NCBI GenBank assembly: GCA_041666845.1 | Contig: JBAYGC010000003.1 | Coordinates: forward strand, 25,007 to 89,006 | DNA from: Patescibacteria group bacterium | GTDB lineage: Bacteria > Patescibacteriota > Patescibacteriia > UM-FILTER-42-10 | Length of the DNA stretch: 64,000 nt | Reading direction: 5' to 3' | In this document: in pieces, positions 56,704-64,000 of the stretch | Layout: each line of letters opens with the position of its first letter | Position numbering within the stretch: the first letter of the stretch is position 1 | The notes under the pieces: model-generated | Told to the model about the DNA's origin: nothing | Seen by the model: only the letters and a program-made list of their open reading frames with translations | The model's database searches: none | Made by a program: the position numbers and the translations under genes

Positions 56704-57021
56704 TTGATTCAAAATAAAATGTCCATGTTCAACAAATTAAAAGAAGTAAAAGATCTGCGTGACCAGGCCAAACAACTGCAGAACCAGCTGTCTGAAGAAT
56801 CAGTAATGACGTCAGCTGAAAACGGAAAAATAAACTTAGTGATGGACGGCAATCAGACTGTCGTTAGTCTAGATATAAATCCGGAGTTATTGACACCTGA
56901 TAAAAAAGAGACGCTGGAAAAAGGTCTGCGTAATGCTTTCAACGATGCGGTTAAAAAAATACAACGGGTAATCGCACAAAAAATGCAGGCCGGAAATTTT
57001 AAAATGCCGAATTTAGGATAG
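56704..57021 (+). CDS. ybaB: nucleoid-associated protein YbaB/EbfC
   Basis: 105 aa, MFNKLKEVKDLRDQAKQLQNQL.. typical YbaB start; lies between dnaB and recR. Confidence 0.75.
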   Translation: MIQNKMSMFNKLKEVKDLRDQAKQLQNQLSEESVMTSAENGKINLVMDGNQTVVSLDINPELLTPDKKETLEKGLRNAFNDAVKKIQRVIAQKMQAGNFKMPNLG

Positions 57022-57025
57022 CACT

Positions 57026-57628
57026 ATGGGAACCCTGCCACCGTCAATCCAAAACCTAATCGCTGAATTTAATAAACTGCCGGGTATCGGCCCTAAGACC
57101 TCCGAACGGTTTATTTTTCATTTGCTGAAAAGACCAAAGAGTGATTTGGAACAGATGGCAAACAGCTTGAGAGATCTGAAAGATAAAATAGCAATCTGCT
57201 CAATCTGTTATGATTTTACAGAAAAATCCCCGTGCAGTATTTGTTCCAGTTCGCAAAGAGATAAAACAACAATCTGCGTTGTTGCCGAAAGTCCCGATCT
57301 GATGGCAATTGAAAAGTCAGGTACTTATAAAGGTTTATATCATGTTCTGGGCGGAGTGATCAATCAGATTGAAGGCATCGGACCGGATCAATTAAAAATC
57401 AATGAACTAGTGGATAGAATTAAAAAAGACGGCATTAAAGAAATAATTCTGGCCACCGACCCTGACATGGAAGGTGAATCGACCGCCTTATATTTAATCC
57501 GGGTATTGAAACCTCTGGGAATAAAAATCACCAGAATCGGTAAAGGCTTGCCGATGGGTAGCAATATTGAATACGCCGATGAAGTAACCCTGGCCAATGC
57601 AATGGAAGGAAGAGGCGAAGTAAAATAA
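57026..57628 (+). CDS. recR: recombination protein RecR
   Basis: HhH (LPGIGPKTSERF), C4 zinc finger (CSICYDFTEKSPCSIC), Toprim domain. Confidence 0.9.
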   Translation: MGTLPPSIQNLIAEFNKLPGIGPKTSERFIFHLLKRPKSDLEQMANSLRDLKDKIAICSICYDFTEKSPCSICSSSQRDKTTICVVAESPDLMAIEKSGTYKGLYHVLGGVINQIEGIGPDQLKINELVDRIKKDGIKEIILATDPDMEGESTALYLIRVLKPLGIKITRIGKGLPMGSNIEYADEVTLANAMEGRGEVK

Positions 57629-57644
57629 ATATACAAAACAAAAA

Positions 57645-57668
57645 AGCGCTTATAAGCGCTTTTTTAAT
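57645..57668. terminator. bidirectional rho-independent terminator (AAAAAAGCGCTTATAAGCGCTTTTTT) between convergent recR and rplU
   Basis: Perfect 8-bp palindromic stem flanked by A6 and T6. Confidence 0.75.
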
Positions 57669-57674
57669 TTATTA

Positions 57675-57992
57675 TTATCCGGTAATTTTCTGAATTTGTA
57701 ATTTAGTATACCATTGACGATGACCCTTAGTTCTGTGATAACGGGTCTTGGATTTATATTTTACTACCATTACCTTCTTTGCCTGCTTTTCTTCCAGCAC
57801 TTTACACACAACTTGAGCTCCTTTGACATTCGGGGTTCCTAATGATATTTTCTTGCCCGTATCATCGGAAACAAGCAATACATCCTTAAGTGTCACTTCA
57901 TCCCCTTCTTTTTTACCAAGTTTTTCGACTTTAAGAACGTCGTTTTCCTTTACTTTATACTGTTTTCCCCCGGTTTTGATTACTGCGATCAT
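57675..57992 (-). CDS. rplU: 50S ribosomal protein L21
   Basis: MIAVIKTGGKQYKVKENDVLKVEKL... L21 signature; 105 aa. Confidence 0.85.
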   Translation of the reverse strand: MIAVIKTGGKQYKVKENDVLKVEKLGKKEGDEVTLKDVLLVSDDTGKKISLGTPNVKGAQVVCKVLEEKQAKKVMVVKYKSKTRYHRTKGHRQWYTKLQIQKITG

Positions 57993-58047
57993 AAATTTAT
58001 TCTTTAATTAAAAATCCTCATAAGTGTAAGCTTTCCGATAGCTTCTG

Positions 58048-59154
58048 TCAAGACGCCCTTGAGCTCCTCTTTTTATAGATAATCACCAAAGATAAGCCCA
58101 AAATAACCATTGCCATAACCAGTACAATCAGTGAAATCAGCTTTCCTTTTGTCGATAAAAACAGGGACGTAGCCCCAAAAGCACCGGTCACTATATACAA
58201 GAAGATCACTGCCTGTCTATGTGAAAGACCGATGTCCAGAAGTCGGAAATGCAGATGTCTTTTGTCCCCCCAGAATGGTGAATGCTTTTCTTTAAAAACT
58301 CTTCTGAAAATTACCCAGGCCACATCCAAAAGTGGAACACCCATGATCAAAAGTGCGGTAGCAATTTTTGCTCCACTAATGATTGCTAAGACGCCTAATA
58401 CAAACCCGATAAACGTAGAACCGCCCTCCCCCAAGAATATGCGCGCGGGATGAAAACTGTAAATTAGAAAACCAGCTAACGCACCGGCAAAAATAATTGA
58501 AAGCAATGCTGTCTCCGGCTGGGCAACATTACTCGTGAGACTGAGTGCAAATATTACAACCGCGCCGATCGTCCCAATCCCCGGTACCAATCCGTCCAGT
58601 CCGTCTAAAAATTTTGTAGTATAAACCATAACCATTATCCAAATGAATGCGATCAGATCCGCCCAAAGCGTAATTGAATAAGGAGTATTACCGATTCTGA
58701 AAACTTCCAGCCTAATCGTATCAAGTTGCAGTGTACCACCAAATGGACTGGAAATATACGGGATACCGACACCAACCGCGATGATTACCAGCCCTGCCAA
58801 CGCCGGCCAGATCAACTGTAGATGCGGTTTTAACCTGTATTTATCATCCAAATATCCCCCGATCATTAACAAAGTTCCGGCTACCAGAATTCCAATGATA
58901 TGTTTCTGCAACATATAACCACCCAGCATTTGATCCGTAAATAAAGTATAATAAAGCAGGACAACCGCAAAACCGATGAAGACAGCAAGCCCACCTAATA
59001 GAGGCACGGGAGTTTTTTGAATTTTTCTCTCGGGATCTGTTTCGGGATTATCCAATATATTGTTTTTGACAGCAAACTTTCTAACCAGTGGAGTAATTAA
59101 TACCACGGCCAGGAAAGACAGAATAAATGGGATAATATATGAAGTGTAATTCAT
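58048..59154 (-). CDS. glycosyltransferase family 4 polyprenyl-phosphate N-acetylhexosamine-1-phosphate transferase (MraY/WecA superfamily; WecA/TagO-like)
   Basis: 10-11 TM; DDKYRLKP, DGLDGL, FLGEGGSTFIGF and RHLHFRLLDIGLSH blocks resemble WecA (MGDAGSTLIG / HIHHRLL) more than MraY (HHHYEL). Confidence 0.6.
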   Translation of the reverse strand: MNYTSYIIPFILSFLAVVLITPLVRKFAVKNNILDNPETDPERKIQKTPVPLLGGLAVFIGFAVVLLYYTLFTDQMLGGYMLQKHIIGILVAGTLLMIGGYLDDKYRLKPHLQLIWPALAGLVIIAVGVGIPYISSPFGGTLQLDTIRLEVFRIGNTPYSITLWADLIAFIWIMVMVYTTKFLDGLDGLVPGIGTIGAVVIFALSLTSNVAQPETALLSIIFAGALAGFLIYSFHPARIFLGEGGSTFIGFVLGVLAIISGAKIATALLIMGVPLLDVAWVIFRRVFKEKHSPFWGDKRHLHFRLLDIGLSHRQAVIFLYIVTGAFGATSLFLSTKGKLISLIVLVMAMVILGLSLVIIYKKRSSRAS

Positions 59155-59558
59155 CGTTTATTTTTTCCCATATAACTTTCTAAGATCAGTATTGCTGCCT
59201 GCCGGTCAATATTTCCCTTCGGTTTCCTTCTGCCCGGGATATCCCTCAATAAACGCTCGGCAAATTGGCTGGTTAAACGTTCATCCTCCAACACGACAGG
59301 AATCTTAATTCTGCCTCCTAATGTATCCGCAAATCTTTTTATTTTTTCGGACTGCGCATTTTCCTCTCCGCGCATATTAACCGGAAAACCGACAATGACT
59401 TTTTCAATACTTTCTTTTTCTATAAAATCACAAATCTTCTGAATAATATTGGCAGAATTATCCATTGTATCACCTGGGAAAATATAATCCTGCTTTTCAT
59501 CAGAAGTAGCAATACCTATCCTTTTATCTCCATAATCAATTCCCAAGAGTTTTCCCAT
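59151..59558 (-). CDS. ruvX: Holliday-junction resolvase-like RNase YqgF/RuvX
   Basis: MGKLLGIDYGDKRIGIATSD RNase-H-fold N-terminus (start chosen at 59558; ORF extends to 59585). Confidence 0.75.
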   Translation of the reverse strand: MGKLLGIDYGDKRIGIATSDEKQDYIFPGDTMDNSANIIQKICDFIEKESIEKVIVGFPVNMRGEENAQSEKIKRFADTLGGRIKIPVVLEDERLTSQFAERLLRDIPGRRKPKGNIDRQAAILILESYMGKNKR

Positions 59559-59560
59559 AT

Positions 59561-60331
59561 TTATTCCTCGGTTATTATTGTGCATCCGTTTTTGGTAACC
59601 ACGACTGTATGTTCAAAATGGGCGGAAAGACTCTTATCAACCGTGCTGATTGTCCATTGGTCATCCTCGGTTTGTACCAATTCATCACCCACGTTGACCA
59701 TCGGTTCTATTGCGATCGTCATCCCTTCTTCCAGTTCAATACCGGTTTTTGGTTTACCGTAATTAGGAATTCTGGGATCCTCATGTATTTCCTTACCCAC
59801 ACCATGGCCGACTAACTGCTTTACAACTGAGAATCCTTCATTCTCAACATACAGCTCTATAGCTGATCCGATATCACCGACCCTAGCCCCGCTTTTAACT
59901 TTGGCAATTCCTTTCCGCAACGCCTTTGCCGTAACATCCAACAACCTCTGTTTATCATCAGAAATCTCACCCACTCCGACCGTAACCGCCGTATCAGTAC
60001 AGAGCCCTTTATAAAACATCCCGATATCCAACCCAATAATATCTCCTTCTTTCAGGATCATATTCTTACTAGGGATTCCGTGTACCACCTCATTATTGAC
60101 TGAAGTACAGAGTGTCGCAGGATACGGATTGTCTTCATCGCCTTCCACTGTATAATTCAAAAAGGCCGGTACACCGCCGGCAGCACGAATCAGTTTTTCC
60201 GCTAAACTGTCCAGTTCAAAAGTAGAAATACCTGGCTTTGCGGCGTTGGCAACTTGATTTAATATGCCTGCCAGAAGTTTCCCACATTCTTTCATGATTG
60301 CTATTTCTTCCGGAGTTTTGATGATTATCAT
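59561..60331 (-). CDS. map: methionine aminopeptidase type I
   Basis: Metal ligands in DIIGLDIG..., HGVGKEIHEDP, and pita-bread fold length (256 aa). Confidence 0.85.
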   Translation of the reverse strand: MIIIKTPEEIAIMKECGKLLAGILNQVANAAKPGISTFELDSLAEKLIRAAGGVPAFLNYTVEGDEDNPYPATLCTSVNNEVVHGIPSKNMILKEGDIIGLDIGMFYKGLCTDTAVTVGVGEISDDKQRLLDVTAKALRKGIAKVKSGARVGDIGSAIELYVENEGFSVVKQLVGHGVGKEIHEDPRIPNYGKPKTGIELEEGMTIAIEPMVNVGDELVQTEDDQWTISTVDKSLSAHFEHTVVVTKNGCTIITEE

Positions 60332-60996
60332 TGTTTTGCGAATTCACTGTTATTTAATTTGGAAACAATTTCATCTGCCACATCTTTGATCCGCTGCTCA
60401 CCGTTAATCCTAATCAGCACGCCTTGATTCAGATACATGTCCAACACCGGCTCCGTATCGTGATGATATATTGCTAGCCTTTCTTTAATTACCGGCTCCG
60501 TATCATCCTCCCGATGAATCAACTGCCTGCCACATTTATCACAGACACCTTCTTTCTTCGGAGGATTATATTTAACGTGATATGTCATCCCGCATGAACA
60601 GATTCTCCGTCCAGTGATCCTTCTGACTGCTTCTTCATCCGAAATAGCAATTTCTAATGCAACATCAATTTTTACAATTTCATTAAGAAACTTCGCTTGT
60701 ACAATATTGCGTGGGTACCCATCGAAAACAAAACCGGCTCGGGCATCAAGCTCCATAAGTCGTTCCGCTACCAGTTTATTGGTAATATCATCCGGCACAA
60801 GTCTTCCATTCTTAATGAATTGCTCTACAATCTTCCCCAAGTCTGTCCTCTTCTGAATATGCTGGCGGTAAATATTACCGGTGGAGATCCAAGGTAGATG
60901 AAGATCTTCAGCGATTATTTCTGCCTGAGTTCCCTTACCTGAACCCTGGGGGCCGAAAACCACCACTCTTTTTATCAAATTATTTGATATTATCAT
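60328..60996 (-). CDS. adk: adenylate kinase (zinc-lid type)
   Basis: P-loop GPQGSGKGTQA; lid CSCGMTYHV..CDKCG CxxC-x-CxxC. Confidence 0.9.
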   Translation of the reverse strand: MIISNNLIKRVVVFGPQGSGKGTQAEIIAEDLHLPWISTGNIYRQHIQKRTDLGKIVEQFIKNGRLVPDDITNKLVAERLMELDARAGFVFDGYPRNIVQAKFLNEIVKIDVALEIAISDEEAVRRITGRRICSCGMTYHVKYNPPKKEGVCDKCGRQLIHREDDTEPVIKERLAIYHHDTEPVLDMYLNQGVLIRINGEQRIKDVADEIVSKLNNSEFAKQ

Positions 60997-61078
60997 ATAT
61001 TCATTATAGAATCTCTTCTCAAAAAAGAAAACCCGAGGTTATTCCTCGGTACTGTCCTTAGATCAGAATATTTGTTTA

Positions 61079-62383
61079 TTAAAACCCTTCATAATCACGC
61101 ATTACGAGTTTTGACTCAATCTGTTTAACAGTTTCCAATACAACACTTACCACGATTAACAAACTAGTTCCGCCAAGCACCAATGATTTAATTCCGGTAG
61201 CAGCCTGGATAATAAAAGGTAAAACGGCAATCGCGCCAAGAAATAAAGCTCCGGTTAACAGAATACGGTTCGACACATATCCCAGATATTCAGTAGTTGG
61301 TTTTCCCGGTCTGATCCCAGGGACAAACCCTCCCTGTTTCTGCAGATTTTCCGATATCTGATCAGGATGAAAAATCACTGCTGTATAAAAATATGTAAAC
61401 GCCACTACAAAAGTAAAATACGTAATTCCGTAGAAAAGCTGGTTATTAAATATGTTAACAACCCACTGCGCAAAATTTGCAATCCAAGCGGTATCTGATC
61501 CGATAAAATATTGAGCGATAATCGGCGGAATCAAAACGATGGAAATTGCAAAGATAATTGGAATAACTCCGGCCTGATTAACACGTAACGGGAGATGGGT
61601 GCTAACCCCACCATATACCTTATTACCCCTGATTCTTCTTGCATAAGAAACCGGGATATTTCTTTGCCCCTCAGTAATAATAACCACTCCGGTAATGGTA
61701 ATGATTCCGATGACAATAAATGCTAAGTATGTAAATATCTGACTTGGATCAAACACGGCAAAAGTCTGCTGGATTGATCTGGGCAGGGCGGCAACGATAC
61801 CGGCAAAGATTAAGACTGATATTCCGTTCCCGATACCCTTTTCGGTAATCAATTCTCCCAGCCACATTAACATTATACTTCCGGCCGTAATCATAATTAT
61901 TGCCGATGCCCACTGGAAAGACGTTAAATTGCCGATTATTCCCTGCGCAGTGGCGCCTACGGCCGACCCTCCGGTTCTTTGTAGAATAGTAATAGTGCTA
62001 TAAGCCTGCAATGCGGCTAAAGGCACTGCCAGCAGTCTTTGGTATTGATTAATTTTCGCCTGACCCGCTTCACCATCTTTCTGGATTTCCTGCAAGCGCG
62101 GAATGATCATTACCAATAATTGGAAAATAATGGAAGCCGTAATATAAGGCCCCAATCCAAGCATGACCACTGAAAAGTTTTCCAGCGCTCCGCCGGAAAA
62201 CATATTCAAAAGACCCAGTACCTGATTGGAACTGAAAAAATTCTTTAGGTTTTCAACATCAACTCCCGGGACTGGAACATGTGCCGCAATTCTGAAAACC
62301 AAGAGCAGACCTAAAACATATAGGATCTTATTCCGGATATCTTTCACCTTCCATAATTGGAGCACTTTTTCAAATGCGGACAT
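61079..62383 (-). CDS. secY: preprotein translocase subunit SecY
   Basis: 10 TM; conserved ..KIRNKILYVLGLLLVFRI.. and ..GIRPG..T..YL... blocks. Confidence 0.9.
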   Translation of the reverse strand: MSAFEKVLQLWKVKDIRNKILYVLGLLLVFRIAAHVPVPGVDVENLKNFFSSNQVLGLLNMFSGGALENFSVVMLGLGPYITASIIFQLLVMIIPRLQEIQKDGEAGQAKINQYQRLLAVPLAALQAYSTITILQRTGGSAVGATAQGIIGNLTSFQWASAIIMITAGSIMLMWLGELITEKGIGNGISVLIFAGIVAALPRSIQQTFAVFDPSQIFTYLAFIVIGIITITGVVIITEGQRNIPVSYARRIRGNKVYGGVSTHLPLRVNQAGVIPIIFAISIVLIPPIIAQYFIGSDTAWIANFAQWVVNIFNNQLFYGITYFTFVVAFTYFYTAVIFHPDQISENLQKQGGFVPGIRPGKPTTEYLGYVSNRILLTGALFLGAIAVLPFIIQAATGIKSLVLGGTSLLIVVSVVLETVKQIESKLVMRDYEGF

Positions 62384-62386
62384 GCC

Positions 62387-62899
62387 TTATTTTCCTTTTT
62401 CTTTTTTTTCTTTTCTTTCCTGCTCTATTTTTTGTTGATGAGAAGGTTGGCGCTCAATAACGATTACATTACCTCCTGCTTTTTTTATAGCATCTTCTGC
62501 TGTTTTAGAAAAGCGGTGGGCAGAGACCGTTACTTTCTTTTTGATTGATCCGTTACTCAGAATTTTAATGCCAGGATAGATTTCCGGAACCAGCTTAGCC
62601 TTCAAGATCTTAGCGGGTGTAATATTTGCACCCTCCTCAAAAGTGGCATTCAACTGGCCCAAATTTACAATATGCATTTGTAGTTTAAAACTCTTGAATC
62701 CTCTGGTTTTGGCAACCTGTCTGATAAATGAAGGTGCTTTTTTACCATGATGGACCGCTTTGCGTCTGCCACCTGAACGGGAACGCTGTCCTTTCAATCC
62801 CCTTCCGCCATAAGTACCACCCTTACCGGAATCACCGCGAGCGATTCTTTTCCGTTTCTGTTTATTAGAGTTCTTTAATTGTGAGAGTTGTAATGTCAT
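62387..62899 (-). CDS. rplO: 50S ribosomal protein L15 (with C-terminal K/E-rich extension)
   Basis: KRIARGDSGKGGTYGGRGLKGQRSRSGG glycine-rich L15 signature. Confidence 0.85.
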   Translation of the reverse strand: MTLQLSQLKNSNKQKRKRIARGDSGKGGTYGGRGLKGQRSRSGGRRKAVHHGKKAPSFIRQVAKTRGFKSFKLQMHIVNLGQLNATFEEGANITPAKILKAKLVPEIYPGIKILSNGSIKKKVTVSAHRFSKTAEDAIKKAGGNVIVIERQPSHQQKIEQERKEKKEKGK

Positions 62900-62905
62900 A
62901 ATTGA

Positions 62906-63418
62906 TTATGATTTTTTTAATTGTTCTATTTCCTCTTTCGTTCTCATTTTCTTCAAAGCCTGAATAGTAGCACGAACATTACTTATCTTGTTTTTAGAAG
63001 CAAGCATTTTACTGACAACGTTTTTAATACCGGACAATTCCAGTACCGCTCGAACCGGTCCGCCGGCAATAATTCCCCTACCTTGTGTTGCCGGTTTTAG
63101 TAAAACCTGCGCGCCACAATTTTTTTCCAGCACCACATGAGGAATCGAGTCTTTAACAATTTTTACAGTGAATAAATCTTTCTTGGCCAAGGTAATCGCT
63201 TTGTTTACAGCCGTTGCAACATCCGCGCCTTTACTGACGCCCATTCCCACCTTACCCTTACGATCCCCGACAACGACACAAGCTCTAAAACGCATACGTT
63301 TTCCGCCGGCCTGAACCCTAGTTACGCGAGTAATCTCGATAACTTTCTGGTCAAATTCATCCTTTTCTCTTTCTTCCCTTTTTGGAAATCTTTTTGATGT
63401 ATTTTGTGGCATTGACAT
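62906..63418 (-). CDS. rpsE: 30S ribosomal protein S5
   Basis: S5 dsRBD and C-terminal domain (..RVTRVQAGGKRMRFRACVVVGD..GMGVSKGADVATAVNKA..). Confidence 0.85.
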   Translation of the reverse strand: MSMPQNTSKRFPKREEREKDEFDQKVIEITRVTRVQAGGKRMRFRACVVVGDRKGKVGMGVSKGADVATAVNKAITLAKKDLFTVKIVKDSIPHVVLEKNCGAQVLLKPATQGRGIIAGGPVRAVLELSGIKNVVSKMLASKNKISNVRATIQALKKMRTKEEIEQLKKS

Positions 63419-63426
63419 GTATATTG

Positions 63427-63807
63427 TTAGAATTTAAGTCCGCCTTCTCGGGCGCCTTCCGCTACCGCTTTAACTCTGCCGTGATATCTGACTCCAGCTC
63501 TGTCAAAAACAACTTCCGTTACTTTCTTTGCAACCGCCTGCTGAGCAATCAGTTTACCGACTTCGCGAGCAACATCAACTTTCTTTCCGGACTGTTTCGC
63601 TTTTGGCAGTTTTAAATCATTGGTGCTGGTAATTGTATTACCGGCCTTATCATCAATAACCTGAACATAAATATGTTTAAGACTCCGATGCACGGCTAAA
63701 CGTGGTCGTTCCGCGTTGCCTTGAATCTTAGCGCGTGTACGAGCCTTTCTTCTTTTCCTTGTTATTCTTTTTTGGATCAGTATGTTTTTCATGATTCTTC
63801 CAAACAA
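63427..63807 (-). CDS. rplR: 50S ribosomal protein L18
   Basis: ..RLAVHRSLKHIYVQVIDD..GN..LAAGKLIAQ..AVAKKVTEVVFDRAG..YHGRVKA.AEGAREGGLKF. Confidence 0.85.
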   Translation of the reverse strand: MFGRIMKNILIQKRITRKRRKARTRAKIQGNAERPRLAVHRSLKHIYVQVIDDKAGNTITSTNDLKLPKAKQSGKKVDVAREVGKLIAQQAVAKKVTEVVFDRAGVRYHGRVKAVAEGAREGGLKF

Positions 63808-63823
63808 TTAATATTTCTAAATA

Positions 63824-64000
63824 TTATTTCTCTGAGCTTTTAACAACTTTGCCAGCTTTTCGGCGTATCTTCTCATCCATATATTTCATTCCCTTACCCT
63901 TGTATGGTTCAGGTACTTTAATATGTCTTATTTCAGCGGCTGTCTGGCCGACTTTCTGTTTATCAATACCGGATATGGTCAGTACGTTTTTTTCAATTTT
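63824..64000 (-). CDS. rplF: 50S ribosomal protein L6, C-terminal fragment (gene runs off the window)
   Basis: Reverse translation gives ..[47 protein letters not shown], the L6 C-terminal consensus; upstream of rplR in the spc order. Confidence 0.7.
   Translation of the reverse strand, partial: KIEKNVLTISGIDKQKVGQTAAEIRHIKVPEPYKGKGMKYMDEKIRRKAGKVVKSSEK

Noticed and set aside
1-64000. CRISPR arrays, rRNA genes, prophage structural genes
   Set aside because: No regularly spaced direct repeats with unique spacers, no 16S/23S/5S-like sequence and no capsid/terminase/integrase ORFs were seen. The only transposase is the IS200-like tnpA.

Overview
This 64-kb window reads like a small, roughly 40% GC bacterial genome of the Candidate Phyla Radiation (Patescibacteria) type; that lineage call is an inference, not a database result. 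The supporting signs are many short housekeeping genes with lysine-rich tails, an archaeal-type UMP kinase and AspRS, and type IV pilin-like proteins. Most housekeeping genes are on the minus strand: rplJ-rplL, rpsB-tsf, gap-tpiA, scpAB, aspS-asnS and the spc-operon tail rplF-rplR-rpsE-rplO-secY-adk-map, with rpmE-prfA-prmC and dnaB-ybaB-recR on plus. There are seven tRNA genes. The main accessory feature is a plus-strand block of about 12.5 kb (7933-20419). It encodes two giant paralogous surface proteins of 1787 and 1285 aa with signal peptides, calcium-binding TSP3/dockerin-like repeats, SdrD/Cna B-like domains, DUF11 repeats and C-terminal LPxTG-type sorting signals. These are followed by an overlapping sortase, an orphan CheY-like receiver and a membrane CAP/YkwD-domain protein. 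Other accessory content is (i) a compositional islet at the 5' end holding an AT-rich two-gene module, a GC-rich membrane gene and an HTH-Doc toxin-antitoxin pair, (ii) a minimal IS200/IS605-like Y1 transposase element flanked by identical hairpins next to tRNA-Glu, and (iii) a DUF3048-pilin-DUF3048 trio. Several short repeat families are not explained by the genes. The first is a ~90-100 bp palindromic element in three copies: in the rplJ 5'UTR, the rplL 3'UTR and the 5'UTR of the second giant adhesin gene. The second is a ~120-160 nt hairpin-bearing repeat in four copies, always just 3' of tRNA genes. The third is a duplicated tRNA 5' fragment (nt 1-12) with a conserved 40-nt insert upstream of tRNA-Pro and tRNA-Lys. 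The fourth is a cccgttag/ctaacggg inverted repeat that abuts the ATG of mltG and asnS and forms a perfect 12-bp palindrome over the -35 of the receiver gene. No CRISPR array or rRNA gene was seen. TGA is used as a stop at the HTH/doc overlap (ATGA), so the standard code is assumed.
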